From: a virus
Taxonomy: Duplodnaviria; Heunggongvirae; Uroviricota; Caudoviricetes
IMG/VR virus record: IMGVR_UViG_3300010383_000113
Coordinates: 101,830-165,829 of that record
Direction: 5' to 3' (one strand)
Length of the DNA stretch: 64,000 bases
In this document: piece by piece, positions 26,884 through 36,204 of the stretch
Layout: the number at the start of each line of letters is the position of its first letter
Position numbering within the stretch: the stretch's first letter is position 1
Made by a program: the position numbers and the translations under genes
Notes under the pieces: generated by a model
What the model saw: the letters and a program-made list of their open reading frames with translations, nothing else
Told to the model about the DNA's origin: nothing
Databases searched by the model: none

Positions 26884-26907
26884 GGGCGACGGCGTCCGAG
26901 AGCATGG

Positions 26908-26951
26908 TAACAAGAAAGCCCCGCACCAGTCCAGGAGACTGATACGGGGCT
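26908..26951 (-). terminator. possible terminator for the minus-strand gene ending at 27011
   Basis: AGCCCCG-21 nt loop-CGGGGCT followed by TTTCTTGTT on the minus strand. Confidence 0.3.
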
Positions 26952-27010
26952 GCTATTAGGCTGGGGTTATGGCGGTCGCCCGGCCCGGAGGACGCATCCC
27001 GTATGCGGGA

Positions 27011-27270
27011 TTAGGTGGGCTTAAGCAGGCCGAGAGCCAGGTCCACGGCCTCTTTCTCGCCCTCGCACCACTTCAGGAGGCGGTAGCGGGGGGTCTCGCC
27101 CTCCGGGGCCTTCTCGTACACCAGGATGCGGTCGGCGGCGTGGTGGTCGATGTGGACCAGTCGATCGCCCAGGGCCACCGTGTAGACCCGGGGCCTGTCG
27201 CCCGTGGCCGAGACTCCATCCGTCCAGTCATGGAAGGCTTCATCCAGCCTGTCGTGGAAGGCGTCTTGCA
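27011..27270 (-). CDS. hypothetical protein
   Basis: start MQDAFHD; ORF-track extension rejected. Confidence 0.35.
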
Positions 27271-27969
27271 TCACTGGGGCCTCGCCTCCAGCAACTCCAG
27301 GATCAGGTCGAACGCCTCGTCGGCACTGGAGGCCGGCGTCTCCTTGCCCTGGTAGTCGTCGAGGGTGATGTGGTTCTCGTCCTTCCAGGACACCAGGAGT
27401 TTGGAGCCAGAAGGTGACTCGACGACGAATAGGTAGCAGTCGTTCAAGGGTGCCGAGTAAGCCCATCGAACGATGATGCCCATCGGCACGAGTTGCTGGG
27501 ATGTTCTATTCCAGAATTGTTCCAGGAGGAGCTGACTGCGTTTTCCGTCTTCGTACTTCCTGACCCGAGCGGCGGCTTCGGGGTTGTCGTTAAGGTAACG
27601 CCGTCGCGTCTCGATGGCCACCTGCCTGGCGTGCTCGATGCTGATCGGCGAATAGACCCAGGCTCCCCAGTTGCTTTGATCGACGAGGCACTTCTCGGGA
27701 TGCCGCAGGAACCTGATCGGATCGTATCGACTATCGTCCGATATCTCGCCGCTCTCGAAGTTGATGACGACACAATGAAGGTCCCCGACCTCATATCCCT
27801 CGATGGGGACGGAGTCCGAGTCGAGTTCGAACTCCTTGGGTGAGTTCCAGATTCCGGGGCCGTCTTCGATGTGGGCCGCCATGTACTGGAAGGCCTTCTC
27901 CTCCGAAGAGAAGACGCCCTCGACCGTGTAATCCGAGTAAGACCCTGTGCTTGCGATCCAGACTTTCAT
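27271..27969 (-). CDS. hypothetical protein
   Basis: start MKVWIASTG with ATG 5 nt after GGAGCAGGGAGGGG. Confidence 0.45.
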   Translation of the reverse strand: MKVWIASTGSYSDYTVEGVFSSEEKAFQYMAAHIEDGPGIWNSPKEFELDSDSVPIEGYEVGDLHCVVINFESGEISDDSRYDPIRFLRHPEKCLVDQSNWGAWVYSPISIEHARQVAIETRRRYLNDNPEAAARVRKYEDGKRSQLLLEQFWNRTSQQLVPMGIIVRWAYSAPLNDCYLFVVESPSGSKLLVSWKDENHITLDDYQGKETPASSADEAFDLILELLEARPQ

Positions 27970-27972
27970 GAG

Positions 27973-28002
27973 GCCCCTCCCTGCTCCCCGCCGAAGGCGG
28001 CG
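27973..28002. repeat. motif-hairpin module GCCCCTCCCTGCTCC + CCGCCGaagGCGGCG
   Basis: direct reading; functions on mRNA as hairpin-GGGAGGGG-5nt-ATG. Confidence 0.6.
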
Positions 28003-28036
28003 AACGAAAGTATTCTCGATCGGCCGAAGGTCGATC

Positions 28037-28331
28037 TTAGTAGAGGTAGTTGACGCACCAGACGGCCCCGGTGTGTTCCCCGGCCATGATGTGGCGGAAC
28101 GGGACGCCTTCGAGCTGGGCCATGTCGGAGGCCTTGGCGGCGTTGCAGAGGATGGCGTCGCCCCTGGCCGAGTAGTAGGTGCCGTACTGGCGACCCTCGT
28201 CCCAATACTGACCGGCTTCAAGCTCGATCCACGTCGAGGTGCCCAGGATCTTGCGACGCTTCAGGTAAGCCCAGGGGGGACGGCCAAGGTCGGAGGTGAC
28301 GGGCGGGCGTTCGATGGTGACGGTGCTCATG
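28037..28331 (-). CDS. hypothetical protein
   Basis: start MSTVTIERPP. Confidence 0.35.
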
Positions 28332-28359
28332 ATGCCTTCGGCATTATCCAGGTTGTTCG

Positions 28360-28914
28360 TCAAAGGGGACAGTTCCAATTCAGGTCTTTCGGGATGGGGA
28401 TGGGTTTGTCGCGGAGTCGCTGGTCGACCTCCTCCCAGGGCAAGGGCCTGAAGTCGTTCGCGTCGACCCCTACGTCGAGACGACGCATCAAGGGGTGGTC
28501 CGGCAGGTTGCCGTGCGTGTGGCCGTGAAGGTGGTAATAGCCCTTCCAGATCCCAGGCCAGGTGTAGAGGGGATAGTGCGAGAGCCACATGGTCGTCTCG
28601 TCGTACTTCAGCTTTTGGATCTGCTTGATGGTCACGAAACGGTCGCGACACTTCGTCGAAATCATGGACTCGTCGTGATTGCCCTCGATGGCGTGGATGC
28701 GGCCCTTGAGCCTGTCGAGTATCTTTCGCAGCTCCGGTTTGGGGGCTCCACCCAAGTCCCCCAGGAAATAGACTCGGTCTTGCTTGGATACGACGGCGTT
28801 CCATCTCGCGATGATCGTCTCGTCGTGTTCTTCGACGGATTTGAACGGCCTGAACTTGAGGACGCCGGGTGACAAGAAATGCGTGTCGGCCGTGAACCAA
28901 ATGTTCTCAGGCAT
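28360..28914 (-). CDS. metallophosphoesterase (calcineurin-like)
   Basis: start MPENIWFTADTHF; GDLGG, GNHDE, HGHTHG. Confidence 0.65.
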   Translation of the reverse strand: MPENIWFTADTHFLSPGVLKFRPFKSVEEHDETIIARWNAVVSKQDRVYFLGDLGGAPKPELRKILDRLKGRIHAIEGNHDESMISTKCRDRFVTIKQIQKLKYDETTMWLSHYPLYTWPGIWKGYYHLHGHTHGNLPDHPLMRRLDVGVDANDFRPLPWEEVDQRLRDKPIPIPKDLNWNCPL

Positions 28915-29398
28915 TATGGCTTTCCACCACGATTTGAGACTGGGCCTCCACGGATCCCTGATAGGACGTCGGGGCCTTGCCGTAGGGCCGAACGACGAAG
29001 CGGCTCCCGTCCCAGTCGTCGTCGGGTAGTGAGGTGACATCGGTGACCCTCATGACGCCTCCATAGTTAACGTCGATCGATACCGTGAGATCACCGTCAT
29101 TTCGAAAGATGTGCTTGGCGATAGGTCGGATCACGGACCCGGTCAGGGTTTGGGCGAGGGCCTTGGCGGCCTGATCTTCGTATGGCCCGAAGACCTCTTT
29201 GACCCCGACTTCCAGATTGCCCGTTATCACGACATAGCGAGTGGCCAGGGTCTTGGATTCCTCAAGAAGGGCGTCTCGCTCGGGCTTCATGAGGCTTTCG
29301 TATTTGAGGACGGCCAGGGCTACGGCATGCATGAGGACGTCGGCGTTCGATCCAGTGACGTCCAGGGCTTCGTTGGCGATGCCTTCGATGTAGGACAT
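28907..29398 (-). CDS. hypothetical protein
   Basis: 163 aa ORF, TAATG overlap with downstream start. Confidence 0.4.
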   Translation of the reverse strand: MSYIEGIANEALDVTGSNADVLMHAVALAVLKYESLMKPERDALLEESKTLATRYVVITGNLEVGVKEVFGPYEDQAAKALAQTLTGSVIRPIAKHIFRNDGDLTVSIDVNYGGVMRVTDVTSLPDDDWDGSRFVVRPYGKAPTSYQGSVEAQSQIVVESHNA

Positions 29399-29405
29399 AG
29401 GAGCC

Positions 29406-29888
29406 TCAGAGGTTGAAGGGCCAGAAGTTCCGGAACGGCTCGTCGCCCTGGTCGGTCGGGGGAGTAGCAGGAGGGGTAGGAAGGTCGGGTAGTCGGATCT
29501 CTGGCAAGGAGGCGAACTCCTCGACCAGCCCTGAGACGGCCGACCTGTAGCCTTTCAGGTCCGTGGGAATGTCGCTCATCGAGGTCTGGTACAACGGATA
29601 GTGCAGCATAGTGAACCATCGCCCCAGCCGTTGGATTTCGTCGGGACCTAGACTGTCGCCGCACTGCCTCAGCCGCCTGGAGGTGTCATCGCGAAATCGC
29701 TCGATCTCGTAGAAAAGCTCGTGGACGGCCTTCTCGGCGTCCTGGATCAAGGCCACACCTTCTTCGATGTGGTCGAAGGCCTCGGCGACGGATTCTCGGA
29801 AGCCATCGTCGGCAAGGCTGATGCGGTCGGCATAGTGACTATGAGCGAAGTTGGTGGCCTGAATGAAGGATTCGAGATTGGTTTTCAT
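29406..29888 (-). CDS. hypothetical protein
   Basis: 160 aa ORF. Confidence 0.4.
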   Translation of the reverse strand: MKTNLESFIQATNFAHSHYADRISLADDGFRESVAEAFDHIEEGVALIQDAEKAVHELFYEIERFRDDTSRRLRQCGDSLGPDEIQRLGRWFTMLHYPLYQTSMSDIPTDLKGYRSAVSGLVEEFASLPEIRLPDLPTPPATPPTDQGDEPFRNFWPFNL

Positions 29889-30310
29889 GACTTAGTCCAA
29901 AGGTAGGATGGTAGCCAGGGCCAGCGTCGAGGTGCTGATGGGTCTCGATCTGTAGGAAGAGACTCGAAGTCTTCGAGCAGTTGCTTGAGGCTGTCGCCGC
30001 GATCGTCCAGGTCCGAGAGGTCGTCTTCGGGCGGACCCGATCGGTAGTCGCAAAGCTCGATGGACCAGTCGGTCCAGCCGGGCGTGTCGACTTGGGACTC
30101 GACGGTCTCTCGGAAGGATTCTAGGACGTGGCGACAGTCGTCGAGGATATGGTCGGCCAGCCGGCTGTGGGTGACGGCCAGGAGGAAGTAGTGGCGGGCC
30201 TGGTCGATGTGCTCTCTGTACTTGACGTCGCGTTTACTAACCTCGACGATTGCCTGCCGGCGTTGTTCGAGCAATTCTTCACTGAACTCGAAGGGCTTCG
30301 CTTGGCTCAC
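29885..30310 (-). CDS. hypothetical protein, paralog A of a tandem pair
   Basis: MSQAKPFEFSEELLEQRRQAIVEV aligns with the next gene MPTPKPFKFTKELLEQRQAVIEGV. Confidence 0.45.
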   Translation of the reverse strand: MSQAKPFEFSEELLEQRRQAIVEVSKRDVKYREHIDQARHYFLLAVTHSRLADHILDDCRHVLESFRETVESQVDTPGWTDWSIELCDYRSGPPEDDLSDLDDRGDSLKQLLEDFESLPTDRDPSAPRRWPWLPSYLWTKS

Positions 30311-30725
30311 TGGTCTTGACCTTATTGACGTGGATTGGGAGTTCGAGGAACTGATCGAGCATCTCTTGATGGACGTCTTCTGCTCCGGACAAGACGGGAA
30401 TGCTGGAGGCCGACGTTTCGCCGGACGGATACTCGATCTCCAGTTCCATCCAGTCGTTCCACTTCTCCATCTGCCTCGGCGTCATGTCGTAGTGGAGATT
30501 CTCGATGTCATCCACGATCTTGCTCCGAAACTCTTCCAGTTCATCCCAGGACTGGTCCATCAGATTTTCCGCGTCATGGATAGTCGATGCGGCTTCTTTG
30601 AGAAGGTCGTCAGCCCTGGCGATCAGACGCCTGTAGGTGGCGTCGCGAGCCTTCACCCCTTCGATGACGGCCTGACGCTGTTCGAGCAGTTCCTTGGTGA
30701 ACTTAAAAGGCTTTGGCGTGGGCAT
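30279..30725 (-). CDS. hypothetical protein, paralog B of a tandem pair
   Basis: N-terminal similarity to 29885..30310. Confidence 0.45.
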   Translation of the reverse strand: MPTPKPFKFTKELLEQRQAVIEGVKARDATYRRLIARADDLLKEAASTIHDAENLMDQSWDELEEFRSKIVDDIENLHYDMTPRQMEKWNDWMELEIEYPSGETSASSIPVLSGAEDVHQEMLDQFLELPIHVNKVKTSEPSEALRVQ

Positions 30726-30901
30726 TTCAACGTCCGATTCTTGGGGGCGGAGGAGGTGGGTTGGGTAGTGGTTTTGTGAGCGTCGGAGGCTGTCGAGGCT
30801 TCGGTGTGGGCAGAACCCACTCTACAAGCCGTGAGAGCTTACTCATGAACACGGTGATCTCCACATCAAGCACAAAGGACGAGCCGGAGAGTCTCCGAAC
30901 T

Positions 30902-30931
30902 CGCCCTCCCTGCTACGTCGGCGTAGCCGAC
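30902..30931. repeat. motif-hairpin module CGCCCTCCCTGCTAC + GTCGGCgtaGCCGAC
   Basis: direct reading, just downstream of the 30934 stop. Confidence 0.6.
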
Positions 30932-30933
30932 TC

Positions 30934-31854
30934 TTAGGACAAGACAACGCTGGGCTTCGGGCCGTCGTCTTCTCCACCAGTCAGGTAGTCCGAGATCCAA
31001 GTCCACCGTCGCTTGTTCTCGATCCTGGGGCCGTGGACGACCCGTCTCCAGTGCCCCCTCCTGTGTTGGGGTGCCATCCGGAGATCTGAGAAAGTAGCAG
31101 GGGGAGTATAGGACGAAGGCCTGGCCTTCAAGACCAGGTCCCTGAAGACGATCTGCTGGAACTGGCGAGCGGCGAGGTGCTGGAGCTTGGGGTCGCGGCC
31201 TTGGCGGTGCCGGACCGTCTTCGTGGGCAGGGGCGTCGTCGAGATCTGCCGGTGGGCCGCGAGCATGACCAGGTTGCAGGCCACTCGGCCGCCCAGCACG
31301 ACCAGGCGGACCTCGTCCTCGTCGTCGGCCCCCTCGGCCAGGATGAGCTGGTCCTCGATCGTGGGGGTTCTGGTATCACCGATCATTGTATGGTACATCA
31401 CCTGGTTATACTTCGAGAGAGTCCAAAGCATGACGGTGTCCGGAAACATCTTCCAGGCCATCGTCAGCGATCCCTTGTGGCGTCCGACGATCTCCTCGGG
31501 CAGTTCGACGCCGATGATGGGGAACGGCATCCGGAACTCTCGGGTCGAAACACGGATCTCCGTCTCATGCAGAGCACGACAGAGATCCAGGTTCGGCCGG
31601 ATGATGACGGGACCCTGACGCATCCAGAGGCCGAGGCAGCGGTACGCCAGGGCGGTGGGGGCGATCTCCGAGCGAGGAATCTCGGTCCCGCTGAGTAGTT
31701 GTTCGGCTAAAGGGCCCCTGTCGCCGATCCGGACGTCGTGACTGGTCGTGGATTCGCCCCTCTCGATCTCCAACTCGTCGTAGACGTCCCAGGACAACTG
31801 GAGGGCCTCTTTCGGGAAGTATCGCGTCAGGTCATCCACGGCCACGCCTCTCAA
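30934..31854 (-). CDS. hypothetical protein
   Basis: 306 aa ORF; internal CGTCCTATACT -10-like element at 31100-31115 with adjacent motif. Confidence 0.4.
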   Translation of the reverse strand: MRGVAVDDLTRYFPKEALQLSWDVYDELEIERGESTTSHDVRIGDRGPLAEQLLSGTEIPRSEIAPTALAYRCLGLWMRQGPVIIRPNLDLCRALHETEIRVSTREFRMPFPIIGVELPEEIVGRHKGSLTMAWKMFPDTVMLWTLSKYNQVMYHTMIGDTRTPTIEDQLILAEGADDEDEVRLVVLGGRVACNLVMLAAHRQISTTPLPTKTVRHRQGRDPKLQHLAARQFQQIVFRDLVLKARPSSYTPPATFSDLRMAPQHRRGHWRRVVHGPRIENKRRWTWISDYLTGGEDDGPKPSVVLS

Positions 31855-32522
31855 TCGAGTTCGACGACGGAATCCTCGATGGCATTATCCACTTCGCGGC
31901 GATCCTCGACCAGACGGAGCTGGTCCTGGGCCATCAAGAGGGCCTTGTGGAGTTGGTGGGCGTCGATCTCGCCCTTGGCCATCGTGACGATGTTCTGCAT
32001 CTGCTCGCCGAACGAGTCGAGGACGAACGGCAGATTGCAGACGATCTGCGTATGGGCCTTCTCGACGAGGCCTTGGACCTCCTGCATTTTCGACTTGGTG
32101 ATCGTCTTGCCCGACATCGCTTCTTCGATGACGCTCTGAACCTCGTCGAGGATCTTGCCGACCTTCCTGACGCCTTGTTGGAACTCGTTGTGGAACTGCT
32201 CGGCCCTGTCAGTGAACGGCGGCCTGGGGACGTCTCCCACACCCTTCGTCCACGAGATGGTGCAGGGCACTCCGGTCCCGTGAGTCGTCAAGAGTTCGGC
32301 GAATTGGACGGGCGACATCAGGACCTCGATGATCCGGCCCTCGTCGGTGATCCAGTCGGAATGCAGATCTCGCTTGAGGGAGGCCTCCGAGATCCGGATG
32401 GCGATGAATTCGCCGTGCTTGACCGAACTCGCGAATAGGACCCCGGGACTGCCCGTGCAACGCGAGATTTGGATCTTGCCGTAACTGGGATGCGTTTCCC
32501 TCTCGGGGCTGTCTTTCATCAT
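31851..32522 (-). CDS. hypothetical protein
   Basis: start MMKDSPERETH (ATGATG about 32517-32522). Confidence 0.4.
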   Translation of the reverse strand: MMKDSPERETHPSYGKIQISRCTGSPGVLFASSVKHGEFIAIRISEASLKRDLHSDWITDEGRIIEVLMSPVQFAELLTTHGTGVPCTISWTKGVGDVPRPPFTDRAEQFHNEFQQGVRKVGKILDEVQSVIEEAMSGKTITKSKMQEVQGLVEKAHTQIVCNLPFVLDSFGEQMQNIVTMAKGEIDAHQLHKALLMAQDQLRLVEDRREVDNAIEDSVVELD

Positions 32523-32545
32523 AGGGTCCTTAGTGTGCTTGTTGG

Positions 32546-32869
32546 TCAGACGAACATCGCAAAGCCGTCGGTGTCGGTGTCGTACCTGACGCCGCATCGT
32601 ATCAGATCGAGGATATCTTCCCGAGTAGCAGGGGAGTCCACCTCGAAGAGTTTCTGGGGGTCGCCCTTGAGGTAGATCTCGTCATGTTCGGCGGCGACCA
32701 CGACATCGCCTGGCTCGTTGGGGAACAGGCGGTCGATCAGGATGAAGGCGTTCAGGTCGTTGGACATGGCGACCCTGTTCCCGGGCGTGATCCGCTCACT
32801 CATCAGATATTCGTCTTCATTGTCTTCCCAGAACTGGTGGGCGTATTGCAAGGTGTCGTTCTCGGTCAT
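32546..32869 (-). CDS. hypothetical protein
   Basis: 107 aa ORF. Confidence 0.35.
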   Translation of the reverse strand: MTENDTLQYAHQFWEDNEDEYLMSERITPGNRVAMSNDLNAFILIDRLFPNEPGDVVVAAEHDEIYLKGDPQKLFEVDSPATREDILDLIRCGVRYDTDTDGFAMFV

Positions 32870-33318
32870 CGGCTCTTGTTCTCAATCATTCGCTCGTCGT
32901 CGCAGACGAAGCAGATTTGATGGCGGTAGTGGGTGACGATGGCTTGATAGTCCTGCCCGTCCCAATCGTTAGACTCACGGATCGTTTGCCAGAAGTGCTG
33001 GCAGGAGGTGCGATGGTTCTTGATTTGGTCCTTAGCTTGCTCGATCTCACGCCGGAGATCATTTATAGCGATTCTTGGTGATAGTCTTCCCTTGGCGAGA
33101 GTGACGAGTTCCAGGGCGGTTTCGACCCACAGCTTGGGGTCGTCGGCAACAGCACCCAAGAAGGCGGCCGTGAGGTTAATCTTCTGGATACGGGGCTCAA
33201 GATCGTTGCGGAGGTCCCGGCACATCTCCTGCTTTTCATGATCGGTGAGTAGTGGATGAGAGAGGATCTGGTGAGCTTGTGTAATGGTCCGAAGAAGCAT
33301 GTCGGCGTCGCTCACCAC
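32866..33318 (-). CDS. hypothetical protein
   Basis: 150 aa ORF. Confidence 0.4.
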   Translation of the reverse strand: MVSDADMLLRTITQAHQILSHPLLTDHEKQEMCRDLRNDLEPRIQKINLTAAFLGAVADDPKLWVETALELVTLAKGRLSPRIAINDLRREIEQAKDQIKNHRTSCQHFWQTIRESNDWDGQDYQAIVTHYRHQICFVCDDERMIENKSR

Positions 33319-33569
33319 CCACCCCCGTCGTATCTGAAGCCGACAAGAGCCACGACGGCCCCGAAGTCGGGGTCGCCATCATTGGTGTGCTCGGGCCTGG
33401 AGTCGTGGATCAAATTCCCTATTCCGTCGTTCCCGTAAACGGTCAGTTTCAAGTCCTGGAGGAGGGGTTGGCACTGGTCGAACAGCTTCAGTAGTCGAGT
33501 CAGTTTGCGTTTGTCGATGCCGGCCTCCGCGATTTGGGCGTCGGTCCAGCGGATGTTTGGGTGGTTCAT
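33312..33569 (-). CDS. hypothetical protein
   Basis: ATG 3 nt after GTAGCAGGGAGGGCG. Confidence 0.4.
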   Translation of the reverse strand: MNHPNIRWTDAQIAEAGIDKRKLTRLLKLFDQCQPLLQDLKLTVYGNDGIGNLIHDSRPEHTNDGDPDFGAVVALVGFRYDGGGW

Positions 33570-33823
33570 TCGCCCTCCCTGCTACCCGCCATCGGCGGCC
33601 AGAGCAGTTCAAGAGTGGGACGGCCCGTGATCTGGGTCTTGTCGACGAAGGCAAAGGAGCCGTCATACTCCCCCTTCTCCTGGGCGTGTCTGACGGCCGT
33701 GGGGAAATCGGCGTAGCGATCCTCCAGGGTCTCGACTTGTCCGGTGTCGTACCAGGCCTGGACGACCCAGGCGTCCTTCTGCTGGGCCACGACGTAGATG
33801 TAGGAGCAGTATTTCCTGTTCAT
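33566..33823 (-). CDS. hypothetical protein
   Basis: 85 aa ORF. Confidence 0.4.
   Translation of the reverse strand: MNRKYCSYIYVVAQQKDAWVVQAWYDTGQVETLEDRYADFPTAVRHAQEKGEYDGSFAFVDKTQITGRPTLELLWPPMAGSREGE
33571..33598. repeat. motif-hairpin module CGCCCTCCCTGCTAC + CCGCCatcGGCGG
   Basis: direct reading; encodes the C-terminus AGSREGE of the upstream gene and the ribosome-binding region of the downstream gene. Confidence 0.6.
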
Positions 33824-34003
33824 TTGAGGTTATCCACGACGCTGATGAAGGCTTCCAGGCGGACGGGGCGGTTCAACCCGAGCTTCTCCACGACCTGGAG
33901 CACGTCGAAGTAGGAGAGGTGGCCGGAGAGGGGAGCCCCGTCGGCGTCCCAGGACGCCAGCATGCAGTTCAGCACCTCACGTTCGCGGTTGATCAGCATG
34001 GCC
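33823..34003 (-). CDS. small hypothetical protein (59 aa, below ORF-track cutoff)
   Basis: MLINREREVLNCMLASW...; ATGA overlap with the downstream start; GGAGCC 10 nt upstream. Confidence 0.3.
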
Positions 34004-34058
34004 TCGGGGCTCCGAAATCAGGGGAGTAGCAGGGGGTGGGCCGTACCCACCTCAGAGA

Positions 34059-34586
34059 TCATACGCACGACCCACGAATCTTGCCGAGGATTTTGAGGGA
34101 TTTCTTGTGGTGGTCGTAGACCTGGCGGAATCCATGGCCGCCGACCGTCGCCAGGAAGGGGTAGCAGCAGGCCGACGCGAAGCACGCGACCTGATTGAAC
34201 TCGTCCTCGAATGGGAAGTCGGCCGCCTCTTCCCCGCAACGACTAGCCCTGAAACGCCGCCATGTCCCGACGCTTTCGACGGGCTTGGTGTTCTTCAGGA
34301 TCTCGTCCCAGGTCTTCTCCAGGATGAAAACCGATCGTTCCTGGGGGTGGGTGTCGCCCTTCGCGAACTCGGGCTCGAAGCCTTCGACCCAGCCGTAGTG
34401 GTTGTAGGCCCCCTTGACGATCGCATGGACGAACTCGCTGATGTCGCAGTGGGTCGTGAGGAAGTTGTGGTGCGGATGTCGTGAATCCTCGACGCCCTCC
34501 TCTGTAAGCCAGATCATCACGACCCGGCGGCCCTTGCGGATGGGCTCCTGGGTGAAAGCGTCGGTAGCCTCGAAGCAGCCCATCAA
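34059..34586 (-). CDS. hypothetical protein, paralog pair member
   Basis: MMGCFEATDAFTQEPI..VVMIWLTEEG..YNHYGWVEGFEP parallels the next gene. Confidence 0.45.
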   Translation of the reverse strand: MMGCFEATDAFTQEPIRKGRRVVMIWLTEEGVEDSRHPHHNFLTTHCDISEFVHAIVKGAYNHYGWVEGFEPEFAKGDTHPQERSVFILEKTWDEILKNTKPVESVGTWRRFRASRCGEEAADFPFEDEFNQVACFASACCYPFLATVGGHGFRQVYDHHKKSLKILGKIRGSCV

Positions 34587-35092
34587 AACTCCTCCATTTC
34601 TTTCTCATGATCGTGAAGCCTCTGCTTTCCCCAGGCTCGAAGATCAGAGAGGAGTTCGTACTTATCGACGTCGTCGCCTCCCCAGTATTGAAGACCTTTG
34701 GTGGCCAGTGGTCCCTTGAGATCAATCCTGCATCGGCAAGCGAAATCTAGGACCGTCGCCAGCTCGTTCATAAACTCGATGCCTTTTGGGTCGTTCGCCC
34801 TCACTTCGGTTTTAACGATGGTGTCCCAGACGTGCCGAGCAACGAAGATCGTGTGGCATTGAGGATGAGTGTACTTCTCGTCGGTGTCGTCTGGGTCGTC
34901 AAGATCCTCAAGCCAGCCATAGTCGTCGTACACTCCCTTCTTGATGAATCCCACTGAGTATTTGAGCGAATATGCGTCTCTCAGCATAATGTTGTTCTTG
35001 AGACCGGAGTGTGTCAAAAATATCATAACGACTTCATCGCCCGCGAAAATCGGATGTGTCGTGATGGCATCAGACTCTTGCCAGCAACCCAT
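34583..35092 (-). CDS. hypothetical protein, paralog pair member
   Basis: MGCWQESDAITTHPI..VVMIFLTHSG..YDDYGWLEDLDD. Confidence 0.45.
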   Translation of the reverse strand: MGCWQESDAITTHPIFAGDEVVMIFLTHSGLKNNIMLRDAYSLKYSVGFIKKGVYDDYGWLEDLDDPDDTDEKYTHPQCHTIFVARHVWDTIVKTEVRANDPKGIEFMNELATVLDFACRCRIDLKGPLATKGLQYWGGDDVDKYELLSDLRAWGKQRLHDHEKEMEEF

Positions 35093-35093
35093 A

Positions 35094-35279
35094 TCAGATG
35101 TTCTCCTTCGTGTGCTTCAGGATGATGGCGACACAGTCGTCGACCAACGCCCAGGTGTCCTCCCATTCGTCTTCGTTGCACTCTTCGTCATCGGGGTAGA
35201 CGAACATCTCCTTGTACATGTCGTAGTCGAGGCGTTCCGTGAGTTCTTTGAGCAGTTCGACGGCCTGGGCGTGAGTCAT
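35094..35279 (-). CDS. small acidic hypothetical protein
   Basis: start MTHAQAVELL. Confidence 0.3.
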   Translation of the reverse strand: MTHAQAVELLKELTERLDYDMYKEMFVYPDDEECNEDEWEDTWALVDDCVAIILKHTKENI

Positions 35280-35710
35280 GACTGGGTTTCCTGTTGCTTC
35301 CAGTGGGCTTTGCGGATTTCGACGATCTCTTCCCGGGTCAGGATGGGGCCTTTGACGTAGTCTCGAACCAGGTGTTTGCGTTCGAGCTGTGGCAGTGGGC
35401 CGCTGACGTTCAATCGCCAGAAGGCCCATCCCTCCTCGGCGTAGCCGCAGCCCGTGCAGACGCGGACTGGCAAGAAGTCGCAGATCATGCCGTACTCGGC
35501 GGGGCTTTCGAGCACGATGTGATTGTGATCGCATTCCTCCTGTCGGCGGGCGATGATGTCCTTGATGCGGGCCCTGTGCTCGGCGATGACGACCTTGGAC
35601 TTTTCGATCTCTTCACTATCCGCCTGACGTCGTTCCTTGAGATCCTTGGAGATCGATTCCATGCTTTTGATGAGGCCTTGGCCAAGTAGGGTCTTCTCGT
35701 CCGTGCTCAT
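35276..35710 (-). CDS. hypothetical protein with CxxC..CTGCG zinc-binding pattern
   Basis: CDHNHIVLE...VCTGCGY. Confidence 0.4.
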   Translation of the reverse strand: MSTDEKTLLGQGLIKSMESISKDLKERRQADSEEIEKSKVVIAEHRARIKDIIARRQEECDHNHIVLESPAEYGMICDFLPVRVCTGCGYAEEGWAFWRLNVSGPLPQLERKHLVRDYVKGPILTREEIVEIRKAHWKQQETQS

Positions 35711-36204
35711 TCGGCCAACCTCTTGAGGACATCCTCTTGTTCATTGCTAATCATCTCCACAACCTCGCGAACTCGATCCAGACGAGAAAGACAGGGGGTA
35801 TCCTGACGGTTCGCCCTCCCTGCTCCGTCGCCGAAGGCGACCTCTCTGAGGTAGAGGAGACGATACAGGACGGCCTGCCAGCCGAAGTGCGACCTCGGAT
35901 CGAACTCAAAGCGTTCGCCTTCGTCGGTTATGTCGTTGGCCAGGCAACTCTCCCATGTCGCAGATAGCTCGTCCCCGAATCCCCAGATCGTGATGTAGGG
36001 CAGGAACTTGCCCATGTTGTACCAGACAAGTTCGACGACGTTCCTGTCTTCGGCGGAATCAATCATGGTGCATTCATCGAAGGTGATGTCGTGGATCCCT
36101 GACATCGTCTTTAGGGTGGGCTCGAAGTCTTCGCCAAGGTTCAGTGCCCGAAGGCTTGATAGGAGTTTGACCATCGGTAATCCTTGGGTTTGAGTCGTCC
36201 GCAC
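35707..36204 (-). CDS. hypothetical protein
   Basis: 165 aa; motif-hairpin module 35812-35841 is read in-frame as VAFGDGAGRAN. Confidence 0.4.
   Translation of the reverse strand: MRTTQTQGLPMVKLLSSLRALNLGEDFEPTLKTMSGIHDITFDECTMIDSAEDRNVVELVWYNMGKFLPYITIWGFGDELSATWESCLANDITDEGERFEFDPRSHFGWQAVLYRLLYLREVAFGDGAGRANRQDTPCLSRLDRVREVVEMISNEQEDVLKRLAE
35812..35841. repeat. motif-hairpin module CGCCCTCCCTGCTCC + GTCGCCgaaGGCGAC
   Basis: direct reading. Confidence 0.6.
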
